Part shown: one piece after another, positions 48,180 to 58,099 of the stretch
How the letters are laid out: each line of letters opens with the position of its first letter
Position numbering within the stretch: position 1 is the first letter of the stretch
IMG/VR virus record: IMGVR_UViG_3300012003_000002
Span: 33,562-97,561 of that record
DNA: 64,000 nucleotides
Strand: one strand, 5' to 3'
Source: a virus
Program-made: the position numbers and the translations under genes
Notes under the pieces: generated by a model
What the model saw: the letters and a program-made list of their open reading frames with translations, nothing else
What the model was told of the DNA's origin: nothing
Database searches by the model: none

Positions 48180-49205
48180 ATGTTTAATTTAAATAAAGAA
48201 AAACAATTAATATCTAAATCTGAGATTTTAAAATACTTTAACGAATTAGAAATATTTCAACATTATATAGATGATGAAGTAATGTTAGGTAAACTAATAT
48301 TATCACCTTTGAGAAAAGAACATAATCCTTCATTTGGATTCTTTGTTGGTGAAGGTAACGAAATATGTTTTAACGATTTTAAGCTTGGAAAAGGTGATTT
48401 TATACAGTTTTTAAGATTAAGAGATGGTTTAACATATTTTGAAGCTTTAAGTAAAGTTGCAAATGATTTTAATCTTCAAGATGATTATATTTGTAAAATA
48501 TATCCTAAAAATATTGATGACACACCTAAAGTTAGAATTATTAAAGATGATATGTTATCCAAATATACAGGTTATTATTTAGGTAAAAAAGCTAGAGAAT
48601 GGCAATCTCACGATGTGCTATTTTGGAGACAATTTGGTATTGGTAAAGAAACATTAGAGTTCTTTAATGTACAACCAATAAGTTTTATATTTATTGGAAA
48701 TAATTGTTTTCCTGCTGATAAATATGCATATTGTTTTATAGAAATGAAAGATGGTATTGAAACATATAAAATCTATCAACCTTTTAGTGAACAATATAAA
48801 TGGATTAATAATCATAATAATTCTGTGTGGCAAGGTTGGACACAATTACCTGAATCTGGTGATTATTTAATTATAACTAAATCATTAAAAGATGTAATGT
48901 CTTTATATGAAGTTGCTAAATTACCAGCAATTGCAATGCAATCTGAAAATGTATTACCAAAAAAACATATATTTGAACAATTAGAATCTAGATTTAAAGA
49001 TATTGAATTATTATATGACAATGACTACGACGCGAAACAAAATTGGGGACGCATATTTGCAGATAAATTTGCTAAAGAATTTGGATTAGTGGATAGTTTT
49101 ATACCAGATAAATATAAATCTAAAGATTTCTCAGATTTAGTTAAAAATTACGGTAAAGAACAAGCTGAGCATATATTATTATATGAAACATTATTACCTT
49201 TTTAA
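48180..49205 (+). CDS. DNA primase (DnaG-like, Toprim)
   Basis: SPLRKEHNPSF, KIYQP, IITKSLKDVM, YDND, KDFSD. Confidence 0.85.
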   Translation: MFNLNKEKQLISKSEILKYFNELEIFQHYIDDEVMLGKLILSPLRKEHNPSFGFFVGEGNEICFNDFKLGKGDFIQFLRLRDGLTYFEALSKVANDFNLQDDYICKIYPKNIDDTPKVRIIKDDMLSKYTGYYLGKKAREWQSHDVLFWRQFGIGKETLEFFNVQPISFIFIGNNCFPADKYAYCFIEMKDGIETYKIYQPFSEQYKWINNHNNSVWQGWTQLPESGDYLIITKSLKDVMSLYEVAKLPAIAMQSENVLPKKHIFEQLESRFKDIELLYDNDYDAKQNWGRIFADKFAKEFGLVDSFIPDKYKSKDFSDLVKNYGKEQAEHILLYETLLPF

Positions 49206-49231
49206 AAAAATTATAAAAATAAATAAAAATT

Positions 49232-49621
49232 ATGGAAACAATTATATTGATTTTAGGTACTGTTATTATTATATTAAGTACTTACATTAAAACACAAAAT
49301 AATGATAATTTAGATTATACAAAAGATTTAGAAGTTAAAAAAGATTATAAAGATGTTGTAAAATTTAAAGATAATTTAAATTGTAAGGAAAATTTAGAAT
49401 TAGCAAAAGATTTAATAGATTTTTATAAAATAGAAAAAAATATTCCAAGAGATATTGAAATTTACTACGCTTTTACAAATTTAGATTTATCAAGAGACTC
49501 TCAAATAGGCCATAGAGGATATATTGAACTAAATATTAATAATATATTAACAATATATGATAGTTGTTGTTTTGAAAACAAAGATTTTGTAAAAATAAAT
49601 ATAGAATATTTTAATAAGTGA
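49232..49621 (+). CDS. Hypothetical membrane-anchored protein
   Basis: N-terminal TM. Confidence 0.5.
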   Translation: METIILILGTVIIILSTYIKTQNNDNLDYTKDLEVKKDYKDVVKFKDNLNCKENLELAKDLIDFYKIEKNIPRDIEIYYAFTNLDLSRDSQIGHRGYIELNINNILTIYDSCCFENKDFVKINIEYFNK

Positions 49622-49634
49622 AAAATAACAACAA

Positions 49635-50084
49635 ATGATAGAAAAATATACTAAAAAATTAAGAATTTTATTATCCAAAAAAATAACAATACAATGTTAT
49701 TTAGATAAAAAATATGTTGATTTAAAAGAACACCATTTAATTTATATTAAAGATAATCCTAATGGAATTGAATTTAAAGTTATTAATAAAGATAAAATAG
49801 TATCTCAATTTAAACTTATACAGATGTCAGGATGTTGTGGAATATGTATTAGCACAGAAACATACGTAAATCCTGATTTTAGAGGGAAAGGTGTTAATGT
49901 TCTTTTAAATAACTTTAGAATTGATATTGCTAAACATTTAGGATATGGTTTATTATTGTGTACAGATTTGAAATCAAATACTCCACAAATGAAAACTTTA
50001 GATAAAAATGGTTGGAAACATATTCACGAATTTAAAAATCCTAGAACTGGAAATATTTTGAATGTAACTATTAAAGAGTTATGA
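49635..50084 (+). CDS. GNAT-family acyltransferase
   Basis: YVNPDFRGKGV acyl-CoA motif A; N.PQ.K.L.KNGW motif B. Confidence 0.75.
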   Translation: MIEKYTKKLRILLSKKITIQCYLDKKYVDLKEHHLIYIKDNPNGIEFKVINKDKIVSQFKLIQMSGCCGICISTETYVNPDFRGKGVNVLLNNFRIDIAKHLGYGLLLCTDLKSNTPQMKTLDKNGWKHIHEFKNPRTGNILNVTIKEL

Positions 50085-50599
50085 GAAAAACTAATAAAAG
50101 ATCTGCGGGTTATAAAACAAAAGCGGAATTAAAAAAAGAAAGAAAAGAACTTAAAAGAAAATCTAAAATGGAAAAAAAGTTTTTAATAGGACTATATGAT
50201 GACTATAGAAAAGAGGGTTGTTTAAATGGAATGTTAGATAAAGTAAACTGTAAATTAATAGGAACTTATTCTACAGAACCAATTTATAGTATGTATAATG
50301 TAGAAGAAGATGATTGTTGTGTTGCTGAAACTAATGGAATCACTTCTATTAAAGTAGAAGTTTGGGAAGTAAACGAACCAAATTTAGAAAAAATAGAAAG
50401 AAGTTATAACTATTATCCAAATTTTGAAGAATACCCACAAGATTATAAAAAAGAAAAAGTATTATCTCCTTTTGGTGAAATTACAATATATTTTACAAAT
50501 ATTGAACAACCTAAAGAAGAACTTATAACTAATGGTGATTGGATTGAATATTTAAATTATAAAAAAGCAATTGGTAATAAAAGAGAAAACGTATTATGA
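50081..50599 (+). CDS. Gamma-glutamyl cyclotransferase-like protein (divergent copy)
   Basis: IGLYDDYRK, STEP.Y, IKVEVWEV, GDWIEY; aligns to 50918-51325 but lacks YGSL and the LE-G glutamate context. Confidence 0.6.
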   Translation: MRKTNKRSAGYKTKAELKKERKELKRKSKMEKKFLIGLYDDYRKEGCLNGMLDKVNCKLIGTYSTEPIYSMYNVEEDDCCVAETNGITSIKVEVWEVNEPNLEKIERSYNYYPNFEEYPQDYKKEKVLSPFGEITIYFTNIEQPKEELITNGDWIEYLNYKKAIGNKRENVL

Positions 50600-50913
50600 A
50601 AAATTTAATCAAAGGTTTTATTAAAAAACAAAACAATATATTTTTATTAAAAGTTTTTAACAAAAGAATAAAAAATGGTTATGCTTATATTATAAATCAA
50701 AACGATGTTGATACTAAAGATATTTTATATTTTGAAAAAGAATATAGTTTTGAAATTATTGGATTAAACAGATGTTCTCAAGGATATGATAATTTACATA
50801 TTCTTTTACATACAGATATTTTTAATCTTATTGGTACAAATGGAAATGTTGACGATTTAAAAACACTTTTAAAATATGATTATATACCTTGTTTAGTAAA
50901 ATTAATAAAATAA
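50596..50913 (+). CDS. Hypothetical protein
   Basis: Coupled ORF. Confidence 0.5.
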   Translation: MKNLIKGFIKKQNNIFLLKVFNKRIKNGYAYIINQNDVDTKDILYFEKEYSFEIIGLNRCSQGYDNLHILLHTDIFNLIGTNGNVDDLKTLLKYDYIPCLVKLIK

Positions 50914-50917
50914 AATT

Positions 50918-51325
50918 ATGAAAAAATATTTAGTAGGGGTATATGGTTCGTTAAGATCTGGAATGAGTAACCATCAATATTATTTATCTAATTCTGAATA
51001 TAAAGGAATATTTTCAACAGAACCTGAATATACTTTACATTCATTAAGTTATTATCCAGGATTGAAATTAAATGGTAATACTTCTGTTGTAATGGAAGTT
51101 TATGAAGTAGATGAAGAAACTTTAAATACTTTAAATAGATTAGAAGGTTATCGTCCTAATGAAAAATCAACTTTCTATGATAGAATTGAAATTAATACCC
51201 CTTGGGGTAAAGCTTTTACATATATTTATGTAAATGAATTATCTAAAGATTCTATTGTAGAATCTGGGGATTGGTGTGAATATAAAAATAAAGAAAAATC
51301 GTGGTTTAGTGTCACAAATAATTAA
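50918..51325 (+). CDS. Gamma-glutamyl cyclotransferase (AIG2/YtfP-like)
   Basis: VYGSLR.G..NH, YPG, EVYEVD, LNRLEGY, SGDW. Confidence 0.85.
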   Translation: MKKYLVGVYGSLRSGMSNHQYYLSNSEYKGIFSTEPEYTLHSLSYYPGLKLNGNTSVVMEVYEVDEETLNTLNRLEGYRPNEKSTFYDRIEINTPWGKAFTYIYVNELSKDSIVESGDWCEYKNKEKSWFSVTNN

Positions 51326-51330
51326 AAAAT

Positions 51331-52026
51331 ATGAATAATATAAAAAAAATCGCTATTGTGGGACATTTCACTGGTGAAAATAGTTTTGGAATTTCTAAAC
51401 CATATCTATTCTTTTGGCAACGATTTGGAGAAGTATCTCTAATTTCACCATTTGAGAAACACGTAAGAGATGTGGATTTATTAGTAATGCCAGGTGGTCA
51501 AGATGTTGATCCTTATCGATATTTATCACCAGATGAAGACACTCATCTATATGTAGGTACACCTTGTATGCAAAAAGAGAGATTTGATAGATTTCTATTA
51601 CCTAAGTATATGGATGCAAATATTCCAATATTTGGTACTTGTCGTGGTATGCAATCAATGTATGTAACATTTGGTGGTAAACTTAATCAACATATGTCAC
51701 ATGAAACTAATCCTTCTAATGATGGTGGAAAATTAATGCACGGAATTAATTTTGAAAATCAACATATTGTTCCAGGATTTACAGAAATTACTCAACATAA
51801 ACCTGGTGAATATAAAATAAATAGTAGACATCATCAAACTGTAAATAAAGAAACTAAACCAGAAATTGTAACAATTCTTGCTAGACATAATACAGACGAT
51901 GAAATTGAATTTGCAACTACATTTCCATTTTATCCTTGTCATATGACACAGCATCATGTAGAGGACACATCAGATCCTGCTACAGTATTCTTAATCAATC
52001 ATTTATTAAATTTAAATAATAAATAA
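51331..52026 (+). CDS. Class I glutamine amidotransferase / peptidase C26 (PuuD-like)
   Basis: PGGQDVDP, GTCRGMQ, NSRHHQ, QHHVE. Confidence 0.85.
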   Translation: MNNIKKIAIVGHFTGENSFGISKPYLFFWQRFGEVSLISPFEKHVRDVDLLVMPGGQDVDPYRYLSPDEDTHLYVGTPCMQKERFDRFLLPKYMDANIPIFGTCRGMQSMYVTFGGKLNQHMSHETNPSNDGGKLMHGINFENQHIVPGFTEITQHKPGEYKINSRHHQTVNKETKPEIVTILARHNTDDEIEFATTFPFYPCHMTQHHVEDTSDPATVFLINHLLNLNNK

Positions 52027-52442
52027 TGAAAGAACAAAAAGTAATTCTAGAAACAGCTAAATTAGCTAAAGAAAAAGGTTTTGATTGGGATTGTGACCAC
52101 TATTTTATAAAAGAAGACAATAGCTTAACAAAAGCTATGTATTATGAAATGGATATTAATAATAAAACTATTGATGATGATAGTGGCTATTTTAGTTCTA
52201 TACCTTTATGTGTAGCACCAACACAAGCTTTACTTGCTAAATGGTTAAGAGAAGTATATGGGTTAGAATTATTTATTCATAAATTTAAACCTAATGATGC
52301 TTATCCTAAAGGGTATTATTGTGTATCTAAGCCATTAACATATTATAGTAATGAGATGAAAGATTGGATATTTACTAATTTCAAAACTTACGAAGAAGCT
52401 TTAGAAGTAGGTCTTCAAGAAGCACTTAAATTAATAAAATAA
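52026..52442 (+). CDS. Hypothetical protein of a common Bacteroidota-phage family
   Basis: ETAKLAKEKGF...APTQ.LL.KWLRE...TYEEALE.GLQEALKLI. Confidence 0.6.
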   Translation: MKEQKVILETAKLAKEKGFDWDCDHYFIKEDNSLTKAMYYEMDINNKTIDDDSGYFSSIPLCVAPTQALLAKWLREVYGLELFIHKFKPNDAYPKGYYCVSKPLTYYSNEMKDWIFTNFKTYEEALEVGLQEALKLIK

Positions 52443-52443
52443 T

Positions 52444-53295
52444 ATGAATAAATTAAAAAAATATAAGTTATACAGGAGTTTAGTTTTATCGAGACATCCA
52501 TCTCACTCTATTTTAAGAGCTAAAAATCAAACATTACCATTATTACCATTTAGATCTGTAATAAGACTTGGATCGTCAACAGAATCTGATGGTAGATTGG
52601 AAATAAATACTGCAGAAGCAGTTAAAAATTCCGCTTCTAAACTGTTAATGAAACAAAAGTTTTCTGAAGCTGATGTTAAAACTGCTAATTGGTGGAAATT
52701 GTTAGCAAATGGTGAAGTATTTAATGGTGTAACTGGTAATACTACAAATGGTAATAATCATCATTTTGAAGATTTACCATTTCCTTTAGTAGCAAAATCT
52801 CACTTTGGTTCAAGAGGTATTGGTAATACTAAATTTAATACTATAGAAGAATTAAAAGCTTGGTTACCAAATAAAAATCTTAATAATTATATATTTGAAA
52901 AGTTTGTTAAAATGACTAGAGAATATAGATTACACATAACTAAATTTGGATGTTTCTATACTTGTAGAAAATTAGTTAAAAATGATGCTCCTGAAGATAC
53001 TTGGCAAAAACACGATGATGTTTGTAATTGGGTATTAGAAGAAAATCCATCATTTAAGAAACCTAAGAATTGGGATAGTATTGTTGCAGATTGTATTAAA
53101 GCAAAAGATGCTTTAGGATTAGATATTTGTGCATTTGACGTAGGTGTTCAAGGTGCTAAATATGGTATTGAAAGAGAAAATCCTGAATGGGTTATATTTG
53201 AATCGTGTAGCGCACCATCATTTGGTGATATAACAAGTCAAAAATATATAGAAATCTTACCAAAATTATTAATAGATAAATATAATAACAAATGA
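52444..53295 (+). CDS. ATP-grasp (RimK-like) ligase
   Basis: SKL.MK, FPLVAK..FGSRGIG, FEKF, EYRLH, LGLDICAFDV, FESCSAPS. Confidence 0.8.
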   Translation: MNKLKKYKLYRSLVLSRHPSHSILRAKNQTLPLLPFRSVIRLGSSTESDGRLEINTAEAVKNSASKLLMKQKFSEADVKTANWWKLLANGEVFNGVTGNTTNGNNHHFEDLPFPLVAKSHFGSRGIGNTKFNTIEELKAWLPNKNLNNYIFEKFVKMTREYRLHITKFGCFYTCRKLVKNDAPEDTWQKHDDVCNWVLEENPSFKKPKNWDSIVADCIKAKDALGLDICAFDVGVQGAKYGIERENPEWVIFESCSAPSFGDITSQKYIEILPKLLIDKYNNK

Positions 53296-54275
53296 ATCCA
53301 GAATTAATAGAAAAAATAAATCAATATAATATAAATTATAATACTAAAAAAGAAATTGTTCATTCATTTTTAAATAGTTCTATTTCAGGATCCTTATATT
53401 CTGAAATAGAAGGAGATAGTATGAGTGATAAAATAGAAACTATTTATCATTATTTAAATAATATAGTTAAAGAACCAGAAATAAAACAAACTTTAAATAT
53501 TGTAATTGCAGATGATGCTTCATCTTTATATTATGTATCATATTTAAATGAAAAATATGAAGTTATTGTTCATAAAACAAAAGATGTAAAAGATGTAAAA
53601 GATATTGATTTAGTGTTATTTACAGGTGGTGAAGATGTTAATCCTGCACATTATGGTGAAAATGTTGGTAAATTTACAAGTATTAATAAATCTAGAGATG
53701 ATAAAGAAATAGATACTTTTTATAGATTTAGAGAACATTCTTTATTATTAGGGATATGTCGAGGAAATCAGTTATTAACGGTTTTAAGTGGTGGTAAATT
53801 AATTCAACATGTAGAAGGTCATGGTAGAGATCATTCAATGATTTTAAACAATAGAATGAAATATAACATTACTTCTTCACATCACCAAATGATATATCCT
53901 TTTGATTTAAATGAGAAAAGTTATGAATTAATTGCTTATTCTGAATATTTTCAAAGTAAAACATATCTTAATGGAGATAATAAAGAAGTTGAATTATCAA
54001 AAAACTTTTTAGAACCTGAAATTGTTTATTATAAAAATACAAATGCATTATGTATTCAAGGTCATCCTGAATGGAGTCATTGTGAAAGAAGAACTTCTTC
54101 AATGTGTTTAAATTTAATTGATAAATATTTGAAAGAATTTAAAAAATCAAAAGAATTAAATACTTCACTCCATTCTCAAATATTATCAATTCCTTTAAAA
54201 TCTCAATGGGACGATAATGATGATCATTATGATGATAATGAAAAATATTATGAAGAAGAAAACTTACCACTTTAA
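53292..54275 (+). CDS. Second class I glutamine amidotransferase / peptidase C26
   Basis: FTGGEDVNP, GICRGNQ, SSHHQ, QGHPE. Confidence 0.85.
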   Translation: MNPELIEKINQYNINYNTKKEIVHSFLNSSISGSLYSEIEGDSMSDKIETIYHYLNNIVKEPEIKQTLNIVIADDASSLYYVSYLNEKYEVIVHKTKDVKDVKDIDLVLFTGGEDVNPAHYGENVGKFTSINKSRDDKEIDTFYRFREHSLLLGICRGNQLLTVLSGGKLIQHVEGHGRDHSMILNNRMKYNITSSHHQMIYPFDLNEKSYELIAYSEYFQSKTYLNGDNKEVELSKNFLEPEIVYYKNTNALCIQGHPEWSHCERRTSSMCLNLIDKYLKEFKKSKELNTSLHSQILSIPLKSQWDDNDDHYDDNEKYYEEENLPL

Positions 54276-54293
54276 TAAAAATTATAAAAACAT

Positions 54294-56168
54294 ATGAAAA
54301 TTAAAAATATAACTTTAGGTACAGATCCAGAATTATTTCTACAAAAAGATAATAAAATTATTTCAGCAATTGGTAAAATTGGGGGATCTAAATCAGAGCC
54401 TCAAGCTATTTCGGAAGATGGTCATTTTATTCAAGAAGATAATGTTGCAATTGAATATAATATACCACCTTGTACAACGATTACTGATTGGATATATCAT
54501 AATAATTTTGTTAAAGATTATTTAGAAGTATTAGTTTCTGGAATGGGTTGTACATTAGCAATTCAACCTTCTGCTACATTAGATGAATCTGAGTTAGATA
54601 ACGATATTGCAAAATTAGCTGGTGAGTCATTGCCGTCTTAGTTAGAAATAACTATTATAATTAACGAACAAAAACGGTGAATAAATATTCATAATTATTA
54701 TAAAATAACTACCAAAATATTAGGATTTGTCATTAAAATTTCGTATATTGCATAAATTTAAAAAGTGTAATAATATGAAAAAATATATTTCAAATGAAAA
54801 TTATTTTGAGGAAATTGATTGTGATTTAAAAGCTTATTTATTAGGCTTTTTTCTTGCTGATGGGTGCATCACAATGAATAGTGGTTGTAAAAATAGTTAT
54901 AAACTTTCAATAAATATTTCAGAAATAGATAAAGAACTTGTTAAACTTTATCAAAAAACAATATGTCCAAATAATAAAATAATTATTAGTAATTATACCA
55001 AAGGTGCTGTAAATAGAAAACCTACTTGGCAAATTAAATGGACATCTAATAAAATGAAAATAGATTTAGAAAAATTTAATATATCTTTAAGAAAAACAAA
55101 TGATTTAACGTTTGAATTTCCTTTTGATAAATTAGAAACAAAATTTCATTTTTCATTTATTAGAGGATTTTTTGATGGAGATGGTTGTTTATCTTATGAA
55201 AAAGATAAAATAGGTTTTAAATTTTTATTTTACGCAACATCTAAATTATTTTTAGAACAAATTGGAGAATTATTTCAAAATGAATTTGGAATAAAATATT
55301 CAATTTCTGGAGTAAAAAAGAAAAATTTAATACTATATAGTTTAAGTTTTAATTCTAATCAAAAGAGAAAGTCTTTTATAGAAAAAGTATATAATAAAAT
55401 GTATACAAATTCAGAATTCTCATTAGATAGAAAAAGATTAAAAATTGAAAGTTATTTAAATACCGTGCTAAACAAAGAAATTAAAAAATCTTTGTCAGTG
55501 TAACGCATAGGAGTTGATCCATAATTTAAGACACATTTAGTGTCTTTTTTTATGACTAAAATATTCCCACGAGTGTTCGTCACCTAACTGTCTGTAAGAT
55601 AAAAGGTGAAAATATATGCTGAGCTATAGTGAGTGAATGTAGCTATAGAACTAGAGGATAAAAAGCCTTTAGGATAACAAAACTGTGTGAACCAGATTTT
55701 GATGTATGGAATGAATGTATTAATACACCTGCTAATTTAAGTTTAACTAGTATGCGAAGTGCTGGAGGACATATTTCAATAGGTTGGGATAATCCTACTC
55801 AAGAACAACAACTTGATATGGTTAAAGCGATGGATGCTACAGTTGGTTTAGAATCTGTATTATTAGATTTTGATACAGAACGTAAAAAACTTTATGGTAA
55901 AGCAGGTTGTTTTAGATTCCGTGAATATGGAATTGAATACAGAAGTTTATCTAATTTCTGGATTAAATCTGACGAATCTTTACAATGGTCGTGGAATACT
56001 ACAATGAAAGCAATTGATTTAATTAATTCTAATAAAATTGAAGAAGTTAAAGAATTAGGTATTTATATTGTAGAAGCAATTAATACAAATAATAAAGAAC
56101 TTGCTCAAGAATTATTAAATAAAATTGAAGTAATTACTAATATTAAAACAAAGGTTTTAAATAAATAA
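54294..56168 (+). CDS. phiEco32-like COOH-NH2 ligase type 2, spliced: exon 1 54294-54623 + exon 2 55686-56168 (270 aa)
   Basis: LGTDPELF, GGSK..P, QEDNVAIEYN; the junction restores AG-CEPDF; RSAGGHI, RKKLYGKAG.FR...YGIEYR.LSNFW. Confidence 0.85.
54720..54751 (+). promoter_or_regulatory. Intron-internal promoter TTAGG-N19-TATATTGC
   Basis: Directly upstream of the LAGLIDADG ATG. Confidence 0.6.
54775..55503 (+). CDS. Intron-encoded LAGLIDADG homing endonuclease
   Basis: AYLLGFFLADGC and FIRGFFDGDGC; likely start ATG 54775. Confidence 0.9.
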   Translation: MKKYISNENYFEEIDCDLKAYLLGFFLADGCITMNSGCKNSYKLSINISEIDKELVKLYQKTICPNNKIIISNYTKGAVNRKPTWQIKWTSNKMKIDLEKFNISLRKTNDLTFEFPFDKLETKFHFSFIRGFFDGDGCLSYEKDKIGFKFLFYATSKLFLEQIGELFQNEFGIKYSISGVKKKNLILYSLSFNSNQKRKSFIEKVYNKMYTNSEFSLDRKRLKIESYLNTVLNKEIKKSLSV

Positions 56169-56178
56169 AAATTAAAAA

Positions 56179-58098
56179 ATGGTAAAAATAATTCTAATAT
56201 TAGCATTATTACAGTATATATATAACTTTATATTTGGTTATAAATTAAATATATTAAGTTGTGGAATTTTTGGACAAGCTACAAACAAATCTAAAAATTT
56301 AGATGTTAATGGTGTTCATATCTTAGGAATATATAATATAGAAAGAGGTAAAATGTCTTGTGGATTATCTTGGGATGGAGATATACAGTACGGTCTTGGT
56401 TTAGATAAATTATATACAGATTTTATTATAGACAGAGAAATTAAACCTACTAAAATTCCTATTATGATTGGTCATACTAGACAACCTAGTTATGGTTTTG
56501 CAATTACTGAAGATAATGCACATCCATTTGGATTTGGAACAAGTAAAAATAAAGAAGGTTATGAAATGATTTTCTGTCATAATGGTACTTTAAAAAATCA
56601 TAAAGAATTAGCTAAAAAATATGATATTGACTTATCTGAAAAAATTCAAAAACAATCACATGGAGGTCATTTTTATGAAACAACTCGTGATAAAATTGAT
56701 AGTGAAATATTAGGAGAAATATTATATAAAACAAAAAAATTTCACATTTTAAGTGAATATATTGGAGCTGCTGCTTTAGCTTGGACTTGGATAGATGAAC
56801 CAAATAAATTATATTTATGGTCTGGTGCATCTAAACAAACACAAGGATCTGTTATAGTTACTGAAATAGAAGAAAGACCTATGAATGTTTATTGTAAAAA
56901 TGAAAATAATATGTTTTTTTCATCTATACAGGATAGTTTAACTGTTTTAGGAGCATCTAAGAAAAATGATTTACAAATAGATTATAATACTGTTTATATT
57001 ATTACAGATGGTGATTTTACAAATGCTGAAAAACATAAAGTTAGTCGGCTGCAGGCAGGACAAAACGAAATTGTTACATATAATACAAAATATAACCATT
57101 ACGGTAATGAATTTTGTGACTGGGATAACTATGAAGATGTAAGAGAAAAAAATAAAAATGTTAGAACTACTATTGATACAGAAAGTACTAATACTTCAAT
57201 GACAAATTTACATAACGATAAACCAATTCGAGCTATTGTAGATTATAATGGTAAAGTATATTCTAAAAGTTTAAGATATTGGGAAAATGGATCTCTTATA
57301 AATGGTATTTATGTTTATATTAAAAATTGGGGTTTTAAATTTACAGGAAATGATTCTTTTGTATCAGGTAATTTTATTAAAAACATAAAAGGTTTATCTT
57401 TTAATTATATAACAGGTACTTTTAATTATAATATATTAAATACAGAAGGGTTTATTCCATTTAAAAAAGATATTGATAATATACAATTTCATTATTTTAT
57501 AAATGGTGTTTTATTAAAAACTTCTGAAGATTATAATAGAGCAGTTATTCTACAAAAAGAATTAAAAGTACCAATTAAATATATTAATCATCAAATATTA
57601 TCTCATATTTCTAAACATCCTATAATTGATATGGATCCTACAAAAACAGTATCTATTGCAATGTTAGATGGTAAATCTTTTACTGGAAATATAACAGAAT
57701 TAGGTTTTGAAAAAATATATTATTTTACTAATGGAATATTAACAAAATGGGTTAAAAGAGAAGATTTGATAATTAAAAAAGAAACTCCTGTTATAATGTT
57801 ACCTGCTGTTATAGAATCAAGTAAATTTGATAAAGAATTATTTGATAATTCTATTAAATCTATTGAAACTTTTGAAAAAAATATTAGAATAGAAGATATT
57901 GCTAAAGAATTGGAAGATGAAACTTTTATAAAAGAATTGATTATGGAATCTTTTGAAAGACATTCTGAAGAAGTATCTGAAACAATTATTGAACTTTCTG
58001 ATTGGAAAGAAAATGAAATTGTTAAAACAGCTTTAAATACATTAAATTTAATAAGTCATACATTAAAAGACTTTGTTGAAAAACCTAATAAAAAATAA
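56179..58098 (+). CDS. Class II (Ntn) glutamine amidotransferase with N-terminal extension and long C-terminal domain
   Basis: CGIFG at residue 28, ERG, IGHTR, NAHPF, HNGTL, DSE, ERP. Confidence 0.85.
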   Translation: MVKIILILALLQYIYNFIFGYKLNILSCGIFGQATNKSKNLDVNGVHILGIYNIERGKMSCGLSWDGDIQYGLGLDKLYTDFIIDREIKPTKIPIMIGHTRQPSYGFAITEDNAHPFGFGTSKNKEGYEMIFCHNGTLKNHKELAKKYDIDLSEKIQKQSHGGHFYETTRDKIDSEILGEILYKTKKFHILSEYIGAAALAWTWIDEPNKLYLWSGASKQTQGSVIVTEIEERPMNVYCKNENNMFFSSIQDSLTVLGASKKNDLQIDYNTVYIITDGDFTNAEKHKVSRLQAGQNEIVTYNTKYNHYGNEFCDWDNYEDVREKNKNVRTTIDTESTNTSMTNLHNDKPIRAIVDYNGKVYSKSLRYWENGSLINGIYVYIKNWGFKFTGNDSFVSGNFIKNIKGLSFNYITGTFNYNILNTEGFIPFKKDIDNIQFHYFINGVLLKTSEDYNRAVILQKELKVPIKYINHQILSHISKHPIIDMDPTKTVSIAMLDGKSFTGNITELGFEKIYYFTNGILTKWVKREDLIIKKETPVIMLPAVIESSKFDKELFDNSIKSIETFEKNIRIEDIAKELEDETFIKELIMESFERHSEEVSETIIELSDWKENEIVKTALNTLNLISHTLKDFVEKPNKK

Positions 58099-58099
58099 A

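Larger units (their letters stand above)
54624..55685 (+). mobile_element. Group I intron
   Basis: 5' exon ends in U; P1 GGU/GA-GUCA-UUGCC with U:G pair; P3 ACGAACA/TGTTCGT; P7 GCATA/TATGC; terminal G at 55685; removal gives an in-frame join. Confidence 0.88.

Noticed and set aside
54294-54641. 115-aa and 138-aa (55752-56168) ORFs as separate genes or a pseudogene
   Set aside because: They are exons of one ligase gene split by a group I intron.
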